NCBI GenBank assembly: GCA_963708495.1
Contig: CAVPSS010000005.1
Location: 19,739 to 83,738, forward strand
Length of the DNA stretch: 64,000 bases
From: Candidatus Bathyarchaeota archaeon
GTDB lineage: Archaea > Thermoproteota > Bathyarchaeia > Bathyarchaeales > Bathycorpusculaceae
Direction of reading: 5' to 3'
Below the pieces are notes generated by a model. That model did not search any database and was not told the origin of the DNA. It saw nothing but the letters and a program-made list of their open reading frames with translations. Positions 21,310 to 31,550 of the stretch are shown in pieces. The translations under genes were made by a program, and so were the position numbers. The number at the start of each line of letters is the position of its first letter. Within the stretch, counting starts at the first letter, position 1.

Positions 21310-21807
21310 ATGTCGATGGAAGAGTTTAACACGCAAATTTATAGCTGCCAAAAATGCAGGCTCTGGCAAGGCGCTAAGCACGTCGTGCCCGGGGAGGGTC
21401 CATTAGATGCTAAAGTCATGCTTGTGGGGCAGAATCCGGGAGTGGATGAGGATGAGTTGGGCAGGCCGTTTGTTGGCAGATCAGGCAAATACCTCACGAA
21501 AACCCTCGCTGAATATGGCATAAAACGTGAAGACATTTTCATAACCAACATTGTCAAGCATGTTTCACCAAAAAACCGTAAACCATTCGATGACGAAATC
21601 AGAGCGTGCTTACCATATCTAATCGCTCAAATCAACTTTATCAAACCCAAAATAATTGTTCTACTTGGAATATCAGCAAAAGAAACCCCGAGAATAGATG
21701 GAATAGAATACATCCAAGTAATCCATCCATCAGCAGCAATGCGCTTCACCCATATGCGAGAAAAATTCAGAAATCAAATCAATGATCTGGCAAACCGAAT
21801 TCAATAA
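21310..21807 (+). CDS. uracil-DNA glycosylase, family 4-like
   Basis: CQKC, GEG, GQNPG, GRPFVG, ITNIVK and HPSA motifs. Confidence 0.87.
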   Translation: MSMEEFNTQIYSCQKCRLWQGAKHVVPGEGPLDAKVMLVGQNPGVDEDELGRPFVGRSGKYLTKTLAEYGIKREDIFITNIVKHVSPKNRKPFDDEIRACLPYLIAQINFIKPKIIVLLGISAKETPRIDGIEYIQVIHPSAAMRFTHMREKFRNQINDLANRIQ

Positions 21808-21911
21808 GGTTTGATAAATTACATCATTTTTTCTGATTAAATTAGAGCGGGCAAGGGCGATGCTCCGAAAGGTTCATCTTTTTCAAAAGATAGTTGCTTT
21901 GGTAGGCGATG

Positions 21912-22521
21912 TTATTTCATGGGTTGTCTTATGATGGTTTTCAATTTTTCTGGAGCTGTTATAGCCGGGTTGTTTAGGTAGATTTCGTGGTGTTTTCCGC
22001 TTAGTTCGTGACCACCGTTTTGGATGTGTGCATGTATTTTTTCTATTGTGGGTCCTTCAGTTGAAAACGGTCCAACATACATTATTTGTGCAGATGGTCC
22101 CTCTTTGAAACTTTCAAACCTGACCTTAGGTAACGCAATTGGATTCTTTTTCTTTTTTACCTGTTCAACTGCCAAGTTGAAGTCGTCGCAAGTGACGTAT
22201 TTGGGCTGCATTATCATAGCTGTCCACTTCCACTCTTCTTTTCGGTAGGCACTGAATTTGGACATGTTCATCTACCCACCACAAGCTTTCAAGCGGCATA
22301 ACAGAATAATCGATGCCCTTGCTTTTCTTTACCGTAAATTTGAGTGTGTAGGCAACACTGAATAGAACTTCTATAGCAGCACTGTATTGAGGAGATGTGG
22401 GTGCACCTTCCCCGTTAACCACCAGAAAATTCATGGCTGGAACATCAACAACCGATACTTCTTTTGCCGATGGATTGTAAAGGTTTTTGAGTTCTTTTTT
22501 TAAGTCAACTTTATCCAACAA
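21912..22521 (-). CDS. GyrI-like small-molecule-binding protein, split by a 1-nt insertion near 22268
   Basis: DLKKELKNLY, GEGAP, PLESLWWVD joined to MSKF..WKWTAMIMQP, HHEIYL and KTIIRQP. Confidence 0.82.
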
Positions 22522-22767
22522 ACCACCCTATTTTCGTAAATAGTGAATTGAACATAAAAAACTAGTGCACTGCCCACTAGCAATCACCCGCCAGCTAAAC
22601 ACCCAAAAATGCAAACTTTTAAACTATAAAAGAAATTGGCTGTTTTGAAAATCCACCTTGAATCGGAAATTACGAGTTTTTAAACCAACTTGTTTCTGCG
22701 TCCACAGTAAGCACTCATTTCGATTTTTAATAAGATTTGACCCAAGAAAAATGGGGGAACTCTCATT

Positions 22768-24840
22768 TTAGGGTGTTTTTAGGTTTATCGTGCCTTTCGT
22801 GTAGGGCACAAAATCTCGGACTTGTTCAATCGAGGTTTTGCCAGCTTTCTCACGTTGCTCCCTTGAGAGCTTCAGCATCAACGATTTAAGAATTTGCTTA
22901 AGCAAATCTTTACCCATTGTATCTCCTGGAAGGATAATTATGTAGGCTTTGGTTTTAGCCTTCACTGCGTCCACTGGTCCGCCGACAAAACTGGTTTCTT
23001 CCCCAACAATTATGCCGACCGCAACTCGGAGTGGCACGTTTCGCATCCAATTTCGTTTGCCCACCACAAAGAAGGCGCCGTGAGGAACAGACTCGCCTGA
23101 AGGACCACTTTTGCTTAATTGGTCAACTTTAACCCAGTAAACATCGGCAGTCCCAAGGTTTTCCCTCCAAGCCCGCGAATAAGACACACCAAAATCGGCG
23201 GCTTCACGAAACGCTTGCTCACTTATTGGCTTGCCCTCTGCTTTAACAACCACGAAAGGTGCACCAGTGATTTCAGCGTGGAAAACCGCATCTTCTTGCT
23301 TTGCATACTTTTTGACAAGCACTTCGTTACTAACGGTGTCTTTGCCCGCAACCACCAAGAAACCGTCCGAAGTAATGAACCAACGGAATTTCTCGTACCA
23401 TTCCCTATTCTCCATTTCAACTTTGCGTTTGGATAAGGCTTCAATGATTTCGGCTGGCTTGAGGCTTTTGAGTTCTTCCGCTTCAGCCAATTCACGTTCG
23501 ATTTTAGCGAGTTTCCTCTTTGAATCCTGAAGGGCAAAGAGGGCGCCTTGAGATTTCTCTTTAGCCCGTTTGCCATGTTCATAGTACCTGTTTGCGTTGT
23601 CAAAGAGTGAATCTCTCAAGTTAAAACTGAAATGAAAATTTTCTATGCCGAGGTTTAGGGCGAGGTTTTTGCCGTCGAAAGATTCAACGTAAGCGGCTGG
23701 TGGTTTGCCTGTTTTCTTTGCAGCCATGACAGTCGTAATGATCGCGTTCCATTCATGTCCTTGCTGATTGGCTTTAAGAAGTTGTTCCTGGAACGTTTGG
23801 AGTTCGTTGAAGTGAGCGTAGATTGTGTCGCCGATGAGTTTGTCGCGTTCTGCTTTGGCTTCATCTTCATGAATGGATTTTTCTTGTTCAGCAACCATGC
23901 GCCTTAGTCGTTCAGCTTCTTTCTTTATCTTGTCCACTTCAAGGTGGTTAACAGCTCTTTCAGCAACGATCACTCGCAGGTAAAACTCGTCTAAAGCCTG
24001 AGTTAAAAGAAGGGTAAATCTGTGCTTTGAACCCCTGGTAACGCTTGAGTTTGACGGGTATAACATCTAAGAATTCTTCGTTTTCTCCTAAAACTATGGC
24101 TGCCTCTAGGTTGCCGCCTGAAACCGCAGATAACAAGGTTTGCACTGTTTCATAAATCACTCTAATCTCCTCGCTTGTCAGAGCGTTGCAGTGCTTGCTT
24201 TTATCGACGTTGGCGCGCAGAAGGATTTCTTCAGCGTAAACTCCCCCGACACCCAAGAAACGCGCTATTGACCTGACGACTTCGGTTTCACCTGCATTTT
24301 TGAGTGCTTCTTCCAACTCAGTTTGAGTAACTTTAAAGGGGTTTTTTCCACTAGATAGGTGGAAGCTTTAAAACCACATTGTGTAAGATGTCGCGGTCAC
24401 GCATTTTTTTAAATGCTAAAGCTTGAATAATTACATTTTGTTCATTTGTCAGTATGAGGTTGCCATCGCCGAAAAGCTCTACAACAAGCTTCAACACATC
24501 CGGTTTTAGTGCGGAAGCTTATTGTAACGATTCTTTCAAATTCGTATTGATCTATTCCAGCCACCCAAGCGTTACGCAGGTATTTTCTTAGTGCCATGCA
24601 GAATGACGGGGGTTCCGCTGGGTTTTCTTCAGCATAACTGGTAACATGTAATCTTCTGCCTGCCTCCATCACCAATCGGATGGGAGGTGTGTCTGTTTTG
24701 TGCAGTTTGAAGATTACGGTTTTCTCGTCGAGTTGGTAGATGTTGTTCACTCTGGATTGGTCTAATATCATTCTTAGTTCTTTGACCACAGCGGCAATGT
24801 CAAAACTTGAGAAATCTTTTTTGCGCAAGGCATCCACCAA
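22768..24840 (-). CDS. rqcH: ribosome quality control protein Rqc2/RqcH (NFACT), split by three 1-nt insertions (~24499, ~24356, ~24001)
   Basis: FCMALRKYL, QYEFERI, restored ELFGDGNLIL and MRDRDI, GGVYAEE, WYEKFRWF, GKD..NE, SRAW and GAFFVVGKRN. Confidence 0.87.
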
Positions 24841-24991
24841 TGTAGGACTCTATAGTGGGGTTGGCTATAAAATAACTGTTTCACTGAAAACCCCCGGTTG
24901 CAGGATACAGTGTTTAGAGAGCAGAAACGATTAATACTTAGGCATCTTTTTTAAGTAAGAACAAAATATACTCAGCAAGGATTAGATTTAC

Positions 24992-25294
24992 ATGACACCT
25001 GTTGTTCAGCTTTACTGGTTAAGGGTTGGTTTAGGACTTGTTGCAGGGGTAATCACAGGAGGCTTAGCCACATTTGGAAGCTTTAATGACTCAACTACCC
25101 TTGTAAATAGCATAACAGTAGCTTTGCTAATCTACTTCGTGACCTACTACATTTTGCGCGGATTCTACAAAAACAAAATAGAGAAGCAATCAAAAATCCT
25201 CAGCACTGCAATAGGCATGTATTTCTTTAGTTGGCTAACCTTCTTTGTGCTATTTTATACAGTATTCGCTTTAACAATTGGAATCGTTAAATAA
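24992..25294 (+). CDS. 3-TM small membrane protein, EMC6/Rab5ip-like
   Basis: YWLR..LGLVAG..G, three TM segments, C-terminal GMYFFSWLTFFVLFYT. Confidence 0.55.
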   Translation: MTPVVQLYWLRVGLGLVAGVITGGLATFGSFNDSTTLVNSITVALLIYFVTYYILRGFYKNKIEKQSKILSTAIGMYFFSWLTFFVLFYTVFALTIGIVK

Positions 25295-25303
25295 CTGATT
25301 TTT

Positions 25304-25774
25304 TTAACCTTCTCTATTTTCTTTGGGCGTGGCAAGAAAATTCGCTATAGTTGCCTGGCTCTTATCTGTTCTCAGCGTTTCAATCTTTTCTTTGTCATCA
25401 TCTTTTCCATTACTGCTCTGTGGATTTGGGACATCCATTCGTGTTAGTATTCGCATACAATCTGCCCAAGCAGAAAAGAATCCCCGGTCAAAATCTCCAT
25501 GCAAACCGTTGCGCATGTGATCAAGGAATTCTTTTCGGTAAGCGTGCAAGTTTACTTTATCAGTTAAATCTATTTTTGAGAAGAATGCGTAATCGTCTGT
25601 AGCACTGTTTTTGCGTGAAAGATACATGCCATAAAGCGCTCGGAAGTATCCTCTGTTCCATTCGGTTTTCTGCATTTTTTGTTTGACTCGTTCCAACTCG
25701 CGTTCAGCTTCAGTGAATTGTCTGCTGACTAAAAGCTGGAAGTACCTGGTAACTAAGGCTTGTGAAATCGGCAT
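25304..25774 (-). CDS. hypothetical protein with C-terminal PIP-box-like motif, adjacent to radA
   Basis: Starts 3 nt after the radA stop; QATIANFL near the C-terminus. Confidence 0.75.
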   Translation of the reverse strand: MPISQALVTRYFQLLVSRQFTEAERELERVKQKMQKTEWNRGYFRALYGMYLSRKNSATDDYAFFSKIDLTDKVNLHAYRKEFLDHMRNGLHGDFDRGFFSAWADCMRILTRMDVPNPQSSNGKDDDKEKIETLRTDKSQATIANFLATPKENREG

Positions 25775-25777
25775 ACT

Positions 25778-26830
25778 TTAGCGTCCACGAGGTTTGGTTG
25801 CTTTCTCTTCTTCAGAGACATCCTCTATTCCGTTCTCGGTTACTTTAAGGATTTCCTCGCCTTCGGGTAAATATGGACTTGAAACTAGTCTTGCAATGCG
25901 TATTGGTCCATGAGATGCGCGTCTTAAGTAGATTCGTGTGTTGCTTGTGTGGCCAACGATGTTTCCACCTATTGGATGAATTGCGTCACCGAAGAATTGA
26001 TCTGGTTTTGCCATCACTTGGTTGGTTACGACTGCTACGGCGTTGAACGCTCGTGCTAAAGCGATGAGTTTGTGCATGTGTTTATTGAGTCTTTGTTGTC
26101 TTGGTGCGAGCATTTCTCTTCCTATGTATTCGCTTCGGAAATGGGCAGTTAATGAATCTATTATAATTAGTTTAATGTTGTTTGCTTTGATTATTTCATC
26201 AGCGTTTTCCAGCAGGAACATTTGGTGGTCTGAAGTATAAGCTTCAGCGTAAATAATTTTTTTAACAGCCTCTGCTGGATCTAAGCCCACAAACTTTGCC
26301 ATCTGAACGATGCGTTCTAATCTGAAAGTGTTCTCTGTATCAACGTATAATGCGCCTCCGTTGAGGCCGCCTTTTTCTGGAGGCAACTGGACATTAATGC
26401 ATAGTTGGTGGCACATTTGGCTTTTGCCACTGCCATATTCACCGTAAAATTCTGTTATGGTTTGGGTTTCTAAGCCACCGTCAACGATTTTGTCTAAGGC
26501 TTTGCTGCCGGTGGTTACTCGCAAGACGCTTTGCCGCATTTTGAAGAGTTCATCTGCTCGGATGAATGATATGCCAATTGATGAGCGTGCAGCTTCAATG
26601 ACTTGGTAGGCTTTTTTCTCGCTTACTCCGACAGGTTCGAGTTCTCGGCTAGTTGCCATTGCCAAGGATTCTACTGTGTGGTAGCCGAGCTCTTTGAGTT
26701 TTAGAGCAGTTGCCGGACCAACTCCTGGCAGGTCTTCTATGAACTGGTATTTTTTTTTGTTTGTTTCTAAGATAGATTCTTCGCTGTCTTCCTGGTCTTC
26801 AACGTCGGAGTCTTCTTTCATTAAATTCAC
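25778..26830 (-). CDS. radA: DNA repair and recombination protein RadA
   Basis: N-terminal HhH (LPGVG), GEYGSGKS, DTENTFR, FRSEYIGR and GGNIVGH motifs. Confidence 0.97.
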   Translation of the reverse strand: MNLMKEDSDVEDQEDSEESILETNKKKYQFIEDLPGVGPATALKLKELGYHTVESLAMATSRELEPVGVSEKKAYQVIEAARSSIGISFIRADELFKMRQSVLRVTTGSKALDKIVDGGLETQTITEFYGEYGSGKSQMCHQLCINVQLPPEKGGLNGGALYVDTENTFRLERIVQMAKFVGLDPAEAVKKIIYAEAYTSDHQMFLLENADEIIKANNIKLIIIDSLTAHFRSEYIGREMLAPRQQRLNKHMHKLIALARAFNAVAVVTNQVMAKPDQFFGDAIHPIGGNIVGHTSNTRIYLRRASHGPIRIARLVSSPYLPEGEEILKVTENGIEDVSEEEKATKPRGR

Positions 26831-27027
26831 ACTTTTAGGATGATGTTATGGTTAGGGATATTTAAAACAAGCGAATATGCAGAGTTTAGCGGCAGTGGAG
26901 GGGTAATTGGAAGTGAATGTGATGGCGCGGGCGTAGTTTTGTGAAAGGTGGTTCTGATGTTTTAGCGTTGATTTAGCCATCTATGTGTCTAGAAAGAATT
27001 AAATCACAATCCCTCTTCTATAATCGC

Positions 27028-28434
27028 ATGAACCCTTTTCTATGCTTCTCAACTCCTGAAAACATGAGCCTATTCACAGATTATTATGAGTTAACGATGT
27101 GTGCAAGTTACTTTGACAATAAAAACTTTGAACCTGCCACATTCGACCTCTTTATAAGGCGTTTGCCCGAGAATCGTTCCTACTTTGTATTCGCAGGATT
27201 AGAAGAAGCTTTGCAATACTTGCAAAACATCAGTTTTACAGAGGAACATTTGGTTTACCTAAAAAAACAGGGTTTCAACGATAACTTCCTTGATTACCTC
27301 CATACTTTTCAGTTCACAGGAGACGTATGGGCTGTTCCAGAAGGTACAGTGGCTTTTCCCAATGAACCCTTGATCAGGGTGACAGCCCCAATTATTGAAT
27401 CGCAGCTTGTGGAGACTTTTCTGCTAAACACAATTAATCTTCAGACTATGATCGCGACCAAAGCCTCACGAGTAGTTAATGCAGCTAAAGGCAAATCTGT
27501 GATTGAGTTCGGTTTAAGACGTGAACATGGTGTTGATGCAGGAATGAAAGTGGCTCGCTCAAGCTACATCGCTGGGTGTCAAGGAACCAGTAACGTTTTA
27601 GCAGCAATGGCATATGGTATTCCAGTTTTCGGCACAATGGCGCACTCATTCGTTATGTCTTACCAAAAAGAAATCGATGCCTTCAGAGCATTTGCTAAAA
27701 CATTCCCAGATAAATCAACCCTGCTCATAGACACTTACGATGAGATTGCCGGCGCAGAAAAAGCCGTCATAGTTGCCAAAGAACTTGAGAAAAAAGGTTT
27801 TAAGCTTGGGGGAGTTCGACTGGACAGCGGCGACTTGGCAAAAAGTAGTCAAAAAATCAGAAAAATCTTAGATGACAATAATCTAAGGTATGTTAAGATT
27901 TTTGCCAGCGGGGATTTGGACGAATTTAAAATTACTCAACTGCTCAATGACGGCGCTATGATTGACGCGTTTGGTGTTGGAACTAAGATGGGCACTTCTG
28001 CTGATAGACCGTACCTTGACGTTATCTACAAACTCTGCGAAACAATGACATCTGACGGCAGTTTTTCGCCTATAATGAAGTTAAGCAAAGACAAAATTAC
28101 GTTGCCTGGAAGAAAACAGGTTTATCGCTTTAAGAATGAGGAGGGCTTTTTTGAAAAAGATCTAATCGCACTATCAGATGAAGAAGTTAACGTTGAACCA
28201 TTACTCGTCAAGGTCATGGATCGGGGAAAACTTATTTTCAATCTTCCAACTATTAATGAAATCCGCTCTGAAGCTGCAGAGAACGTCTCTAAGCTTCCAG
28301 CAGAATTTAAGGTCTTAACAAATGCTCCAATTTACTTAGTTGAGTTAAGCCAAAAACTGCAAAACCTTGTTGAAACCACAAAGTCTCAGTTAATCAAAAA
28401 TGAAGTAAATAATGGGTTCTCTAAAAAGGTTTAA
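27028..28434 (+). CDS. pncB: nicotinate phosphoribosyltransferase
   Basis: TDYYELTM, EFGLRR, GTMAHS, LIDTYD, VRLDSGD and FGVGT motifs. Confidence 0.93.
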   Translation: MNPFLCFSTPENMSLFTDYYELTMCASYFDNKNFEPATFDLFIRRLPENRSYFVFAGLEEALQYLQNISFTEEHLVYLKKQGFNDNFLDYLHTFQFTGDVWAVPEGTVAFPNEPLIRVTAPIIESQLVETFLLNTINLQTMIATKASRVVNAAKGKSVIEFGLRREHGVDAGMKVARSSYIAGCQGTSNVLAAMAYGIPVFGTMAHSFVMSYQKEIDAFRAFAKTFPDKSTLLIDTYDEIAGAEKAVIVAKELEKKGFKLGGVRLDSGDLAKSSQKIRKILDDNNLRYVKIFASGDLDEFKITQLLNDGAMIDAFGVGTKMGTSADRPYLDVIYKLCETMTSDGSFSPIMKLSKDKITLPGRKQVYRFKNEEGFFEKDLIALSDEEVNVEPLLVKVMDRGKLIFNLPTINEIRSEAAENVSKLPAEFKVLTNAPIYLVELSQKLQNLVETTKSQLIKNEVNNGFSKKV

Positions 28435-28715
28435 GCTATTTTTTGTTACTTTTTTAATTCTCCAAAATAATGGTTGCCGCCTTTTCCATTTCACACTGAA
28501 ACAATATAGTATTCTTTTATGCATTCGCCGTTATTGAAAAACCCATCATTTCTCTCTTGTAGACTACCTAACATTTCTTTTCTCCCATCTTTAAGAGCTT
28601 GACCACTTTTGCAGGGTTCCTATTCATGTTAATCACCCATTTTCTGAGTAATTTGGCAAACACTTAATAGTCTTTTTGGAAAATCTGTATGTTTATCCAA
28701 AAAAGGGGATATATT

Positions 28716-29912
28716 ATGCAAAACAGCCCAGCTATCCTTGCTGTTGGCCGAACTAAGTTTGGAGAGCACTACGGCAAAGAACCAGAAAAACTAATTGAGG
28801 AAGCTTGGCTTGCCGCTTCAAACGAATGTAGCATAGAAAGGAAAGATCTAGAAGCATGTTACATGTCCGATTGTTTTCTTCCCATCACCAACAAATTAGG
28901 TCTTGAAGAAGGCTTTCTCTCAGAATTAACCGAGCTTCACGTGCCAATGGAGGTTACGCGTTCCTTTAGCGCCGCTTTAATGACAGCTTGCCATGCTATT
29001 CAGGCAGGAGCTTACAACACGGTTCTGGTTGGAGGTATAGAGAAGATGACGGATCGCTGGGACAAAATCCGCGACGATCTTATGCTCCTCGATGATCCAT
29101 GGAGTTATTATGCAGGTGGAACACCTGAGTCAAACCATGAGCTTATGCTCCGTGCTTACATAAAAAAGCATAATATAATGGGCGAAAACTTGGATAAACT
29201 CTACATGGCTTTAGCAGAGGTTACCGTAAAGAACCATGCGAACGCAACCAAAAATAAATACGCCCAATTCCAAAGGAAAATAACCATTGAACAAGTGTTA
29301 AGCGCTAGGAAAACAGCGAAAAAACCTTTAGGGCTCTATGATTTTGCCCCAATCTCTGATGGTGCATCAGCACTGATCCTTACAAGCGAATCAGTAGCTA
29401 AAGAAAAGACTGATCGACCAGTTAATGTTTTAGCCGTCGGTTCAGCAACAGACTACCTCAATTACCCTGCGAGAGAGGATCTGTCACATTTCGTATCCGC
29501 TGAAATTGCGATGAAAAAAGCTTGTAAGACATCTAAAATAAAACTTTGTGATTTGGAGGTTATAGAAGTTTATGACCAATCTACAATGATGGAGATGGTT
29601 TCTCTTGAAGACTTGGGTTTCTGTCAGTCTGGAGCAGCTTGGAAAAGCATACATGGTTGCCAAAACTGCTATGACATAGGCGGTAAACCACTTTATGTAA
29701 ACACAGACGGCGGCTTGAAGGCGAACGGTAACCCTTTAGGTGCAACTGGAGGAGCGCAGATCTTTGAGATTTATCGTCAATTACGCGGGGAAGCTGGGGA
29801 AAGACAAGTTCATGTTGGTAATGATTTACCCAAGCATGGTTGCGTATTAGAGTTTGAGGGCTTTGGAACTAAAGCCTACGTTACCATATTAGGAGAAAAC
29901 AAGAATGAGTAG
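28716..29912 (+). CDS. thiolase-fold protein (archaeal/SCP2 type) with substituted catalytic residues
   Basis: GRTKFG, GGIEKM, KNHANA..N..AQF, PISDGA, VNTDGGLKA.G.PLGATG. Confidence 0.85.
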   Translation: MQNSPAILAVGRTKFGEHYGKEPEKLIEEAWLAASNECSIERKDLEACYMSDCFLPITNKLGLEEGFLSELTELHVPMEVTRSFSAALMTACHAIQAGAYNTVLVGGIEKMTDRWDKIRDDLMLLDDPWSYYAGGTPESNHELMLRAYIKKHNIMGENLDKLYMALAEVTVKNHANATKNKYAQFQRKITIEQVLSARKTAKKPLGLYDFAPISDGASALILTSESVAKEKTDRPVNVLAVGSATDYLNYPAREDLSHFVSAEIAMKKACKTSKIKLCDLEVIEVYDQSTMMEMVSLEDLGFCQSGAAWKSIHGCQNCYDIGGKPLYVNTDGGLKANGNPLGATGGAQIFEIYRQLRGEAGERQVHVGNDLPKHGCVLEFEGFGTKAYVTILGENKNE

Positions 29913-31413
29913 TGAGCCAATAGAGAGACGGGTTTCTTACTTAGGCGACCGGTTAAAAGCGAGTCGATGTAAATGCTGCGGCAAGGAATATTTTGAAATA
30001 CGCGATTATTGCAGTAACTGCGGCAGAAAAAGTTATGGAAAAATGGAGAGCGTTGATTTATTCTTTGATAAGGGTAAACTAGAATTATGTACCTATATTA
30101 ATGAACCAACTAATAAATTCATGAAACTTTCAAGTTTCGTTTACGGAATTGTTTCTTTTCACGATGGGAAAATTCGTGTTCCTGCAAGATTAACTGACCA
30201 ATTGATTTGTGCCAGTGATGACGTGGATTTACCTAGTCTTGAAGGCAGGGATGTTATTCCCCGTTTCAGAAGACGCTACTCAGTGGGTAAAAGTGAGGTT
30301 GTTCCAACAATTTCTTTAGCTTTCACTTTAGCCGACGAGTACTATCCACACCAAGAATACACGGTGGTTCAACCCAGCAAAGAATATGACTTGCCTGGTA
30401 TCGTGGGTTATGGAGCTTATACTTCTCGTTTTCGCATAAAAGAAGAGGGGTTGGAACGTGCTGTCCCCTTCATTGATGAAGATGCGGTTACTGCTTCGGT
30501 TGAAGCTGGAAAGCTTGCGCTTATCCATTCAGGTCTCGATAGTGCTTGGATTGGAAAAGTCTATGTAGGTTCAGAATCAAACCCGTATGCTGTTAAACCT
30601 ATTGCGTCAAAGGTAGCTCAAGTTCTCAAGCTCGGCGAAGAAGACGGTGACGTTCAAAGCGTTGATGCCGTAGATACAGAATTTGCTTGCAAAGCGAGTA
30701 CAAGCATGTTCAAAGATGCTTCAGCGCTAGTTAGCTATCCAAGGGAATGCATAAAATATGCTATGGTTATTGGCGCAGACAATTCCCAAGCTGCCCCTCG
30801 AGGCTGTGCAGGTGGAGAATTAGATACCTATGTTGGGTTCGGCGGTGCCTCTTTTATCTTTGGAAAAAACGATGTAATAGCAGAAGTTGAAGGCTGGTAT
30901 TCTTGCACTTCTGATACTCCTGATTTTTGGCGTAGAGACGGCGAACAGTATCCAATGCATGGTGGAAGATTCACTGGTGACCCAGCGTATTTCAAGCACG
31001 TTCGAAAATCAGCCACTAAGCTTATGGATAAATTAAACGTTAAAGCTGCTGATCTGAACTACTTCGTTCCGCATCAACCTAATCCCCAGTTTCCAGTGCG
31101 AATCGCAAAGGAACTCGGGTTTAAAGAAGAGCAGTATTTGCCTGCGATTCAAATAACGAAGTTTGGAAATACTTATTCTGGAGCTGCGCTTGTTGGTTTG
31201 GCTGCGGTGTTGGATGTTGCTAAGCCTGATGAGCGCATTTTGGTTGCAAGTTACGGTTCGGGTGCAGGCAGCGACGCTTACATGCTTCGAACTACAAGTC
31301 AACTGCTCGATAAACGTAAACGACAAAAAATCAGCGTCAAATTCCAAGCTGAGAATCCATTTGTGGAATACGTGGACTACACGACTTATCGAAGACTTAA
31401 GACAGGAATGTAG
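29905..31413 (+). CDS. DUF35 (Zn-ribbon/OB-fold)-HMG-CoA synthase fusion
   Basis: N-terminal CKCC..CSNC and OB fold with PRFRR; then VGSESNPYAVKP, EFACKA, DFWRR, HQPN, GNTYSG and SYGSGAGSD. Confidence 0.88.
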   Translation: MSSEPIERRVSYLGDRLKASRCKCCGKEYFEIRDYCSNCGRKSYGKMESVDLFFDKGKLELCTYINEPTNKFMKLSSFVYGIVSFHDGKIRVPARLTDQLICASDDVDLPSLEGRDVIPRFRRRYSVGKSEVVPTISLAFTLADEYYPHQEYTVVQPSKEYDLPGIVGYGAYTSRFRIKEEGLERAVPFIDEDAVTASVEAGKLALIHSGLDSAWIGKVYVGSESNPYAVKPIASKVAQVLKLGEEDGDVQSVDAVDTEFACKASTSMFKDASALVSYPRECIKYAMVIGADNSQAAPRGCAGGELDTYVGFGGASFIFGKNDVIAEVEGWYSCTSDTPDFWRRDGEQYPMHGGRFTGDPAYFKHVRKSATKLMDKLNVKAADLNYFVPHQPNPQFPVRIAKELGFKEEQYLPAIQITKFGNTYSGAALVGLAAVLDVAKPDERILVASYGSGAGSDAYMLRTTSQLLDKRKRQKISVKFQAENPFVEYVDYTTYRRLKTGM

Positions 31414-31550
31414 CTGACGATAGCAATTGCAGAAACCTTCCTCAATTTTTGTTCCGTTCTTTAGTAATGGGCAACAAGTAGAATGAGTGTCTTACCGTTG
31501 GGTTAGTTGAATGCTTGAAAAACACTTAATAAATGCCGCGTAATCTTTTC

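Noticed and set aside
22768-24840. Programmed frameshifting in rqcH or uvrC
   Set aside because: Several indels per gene, no slippery sites, and the same pattern in unrelated genes.
28445-28630. Minus-strand mini-ORFs after a GGTGAT site
   Set aside because: Interrupted by stops and no recognisable family.
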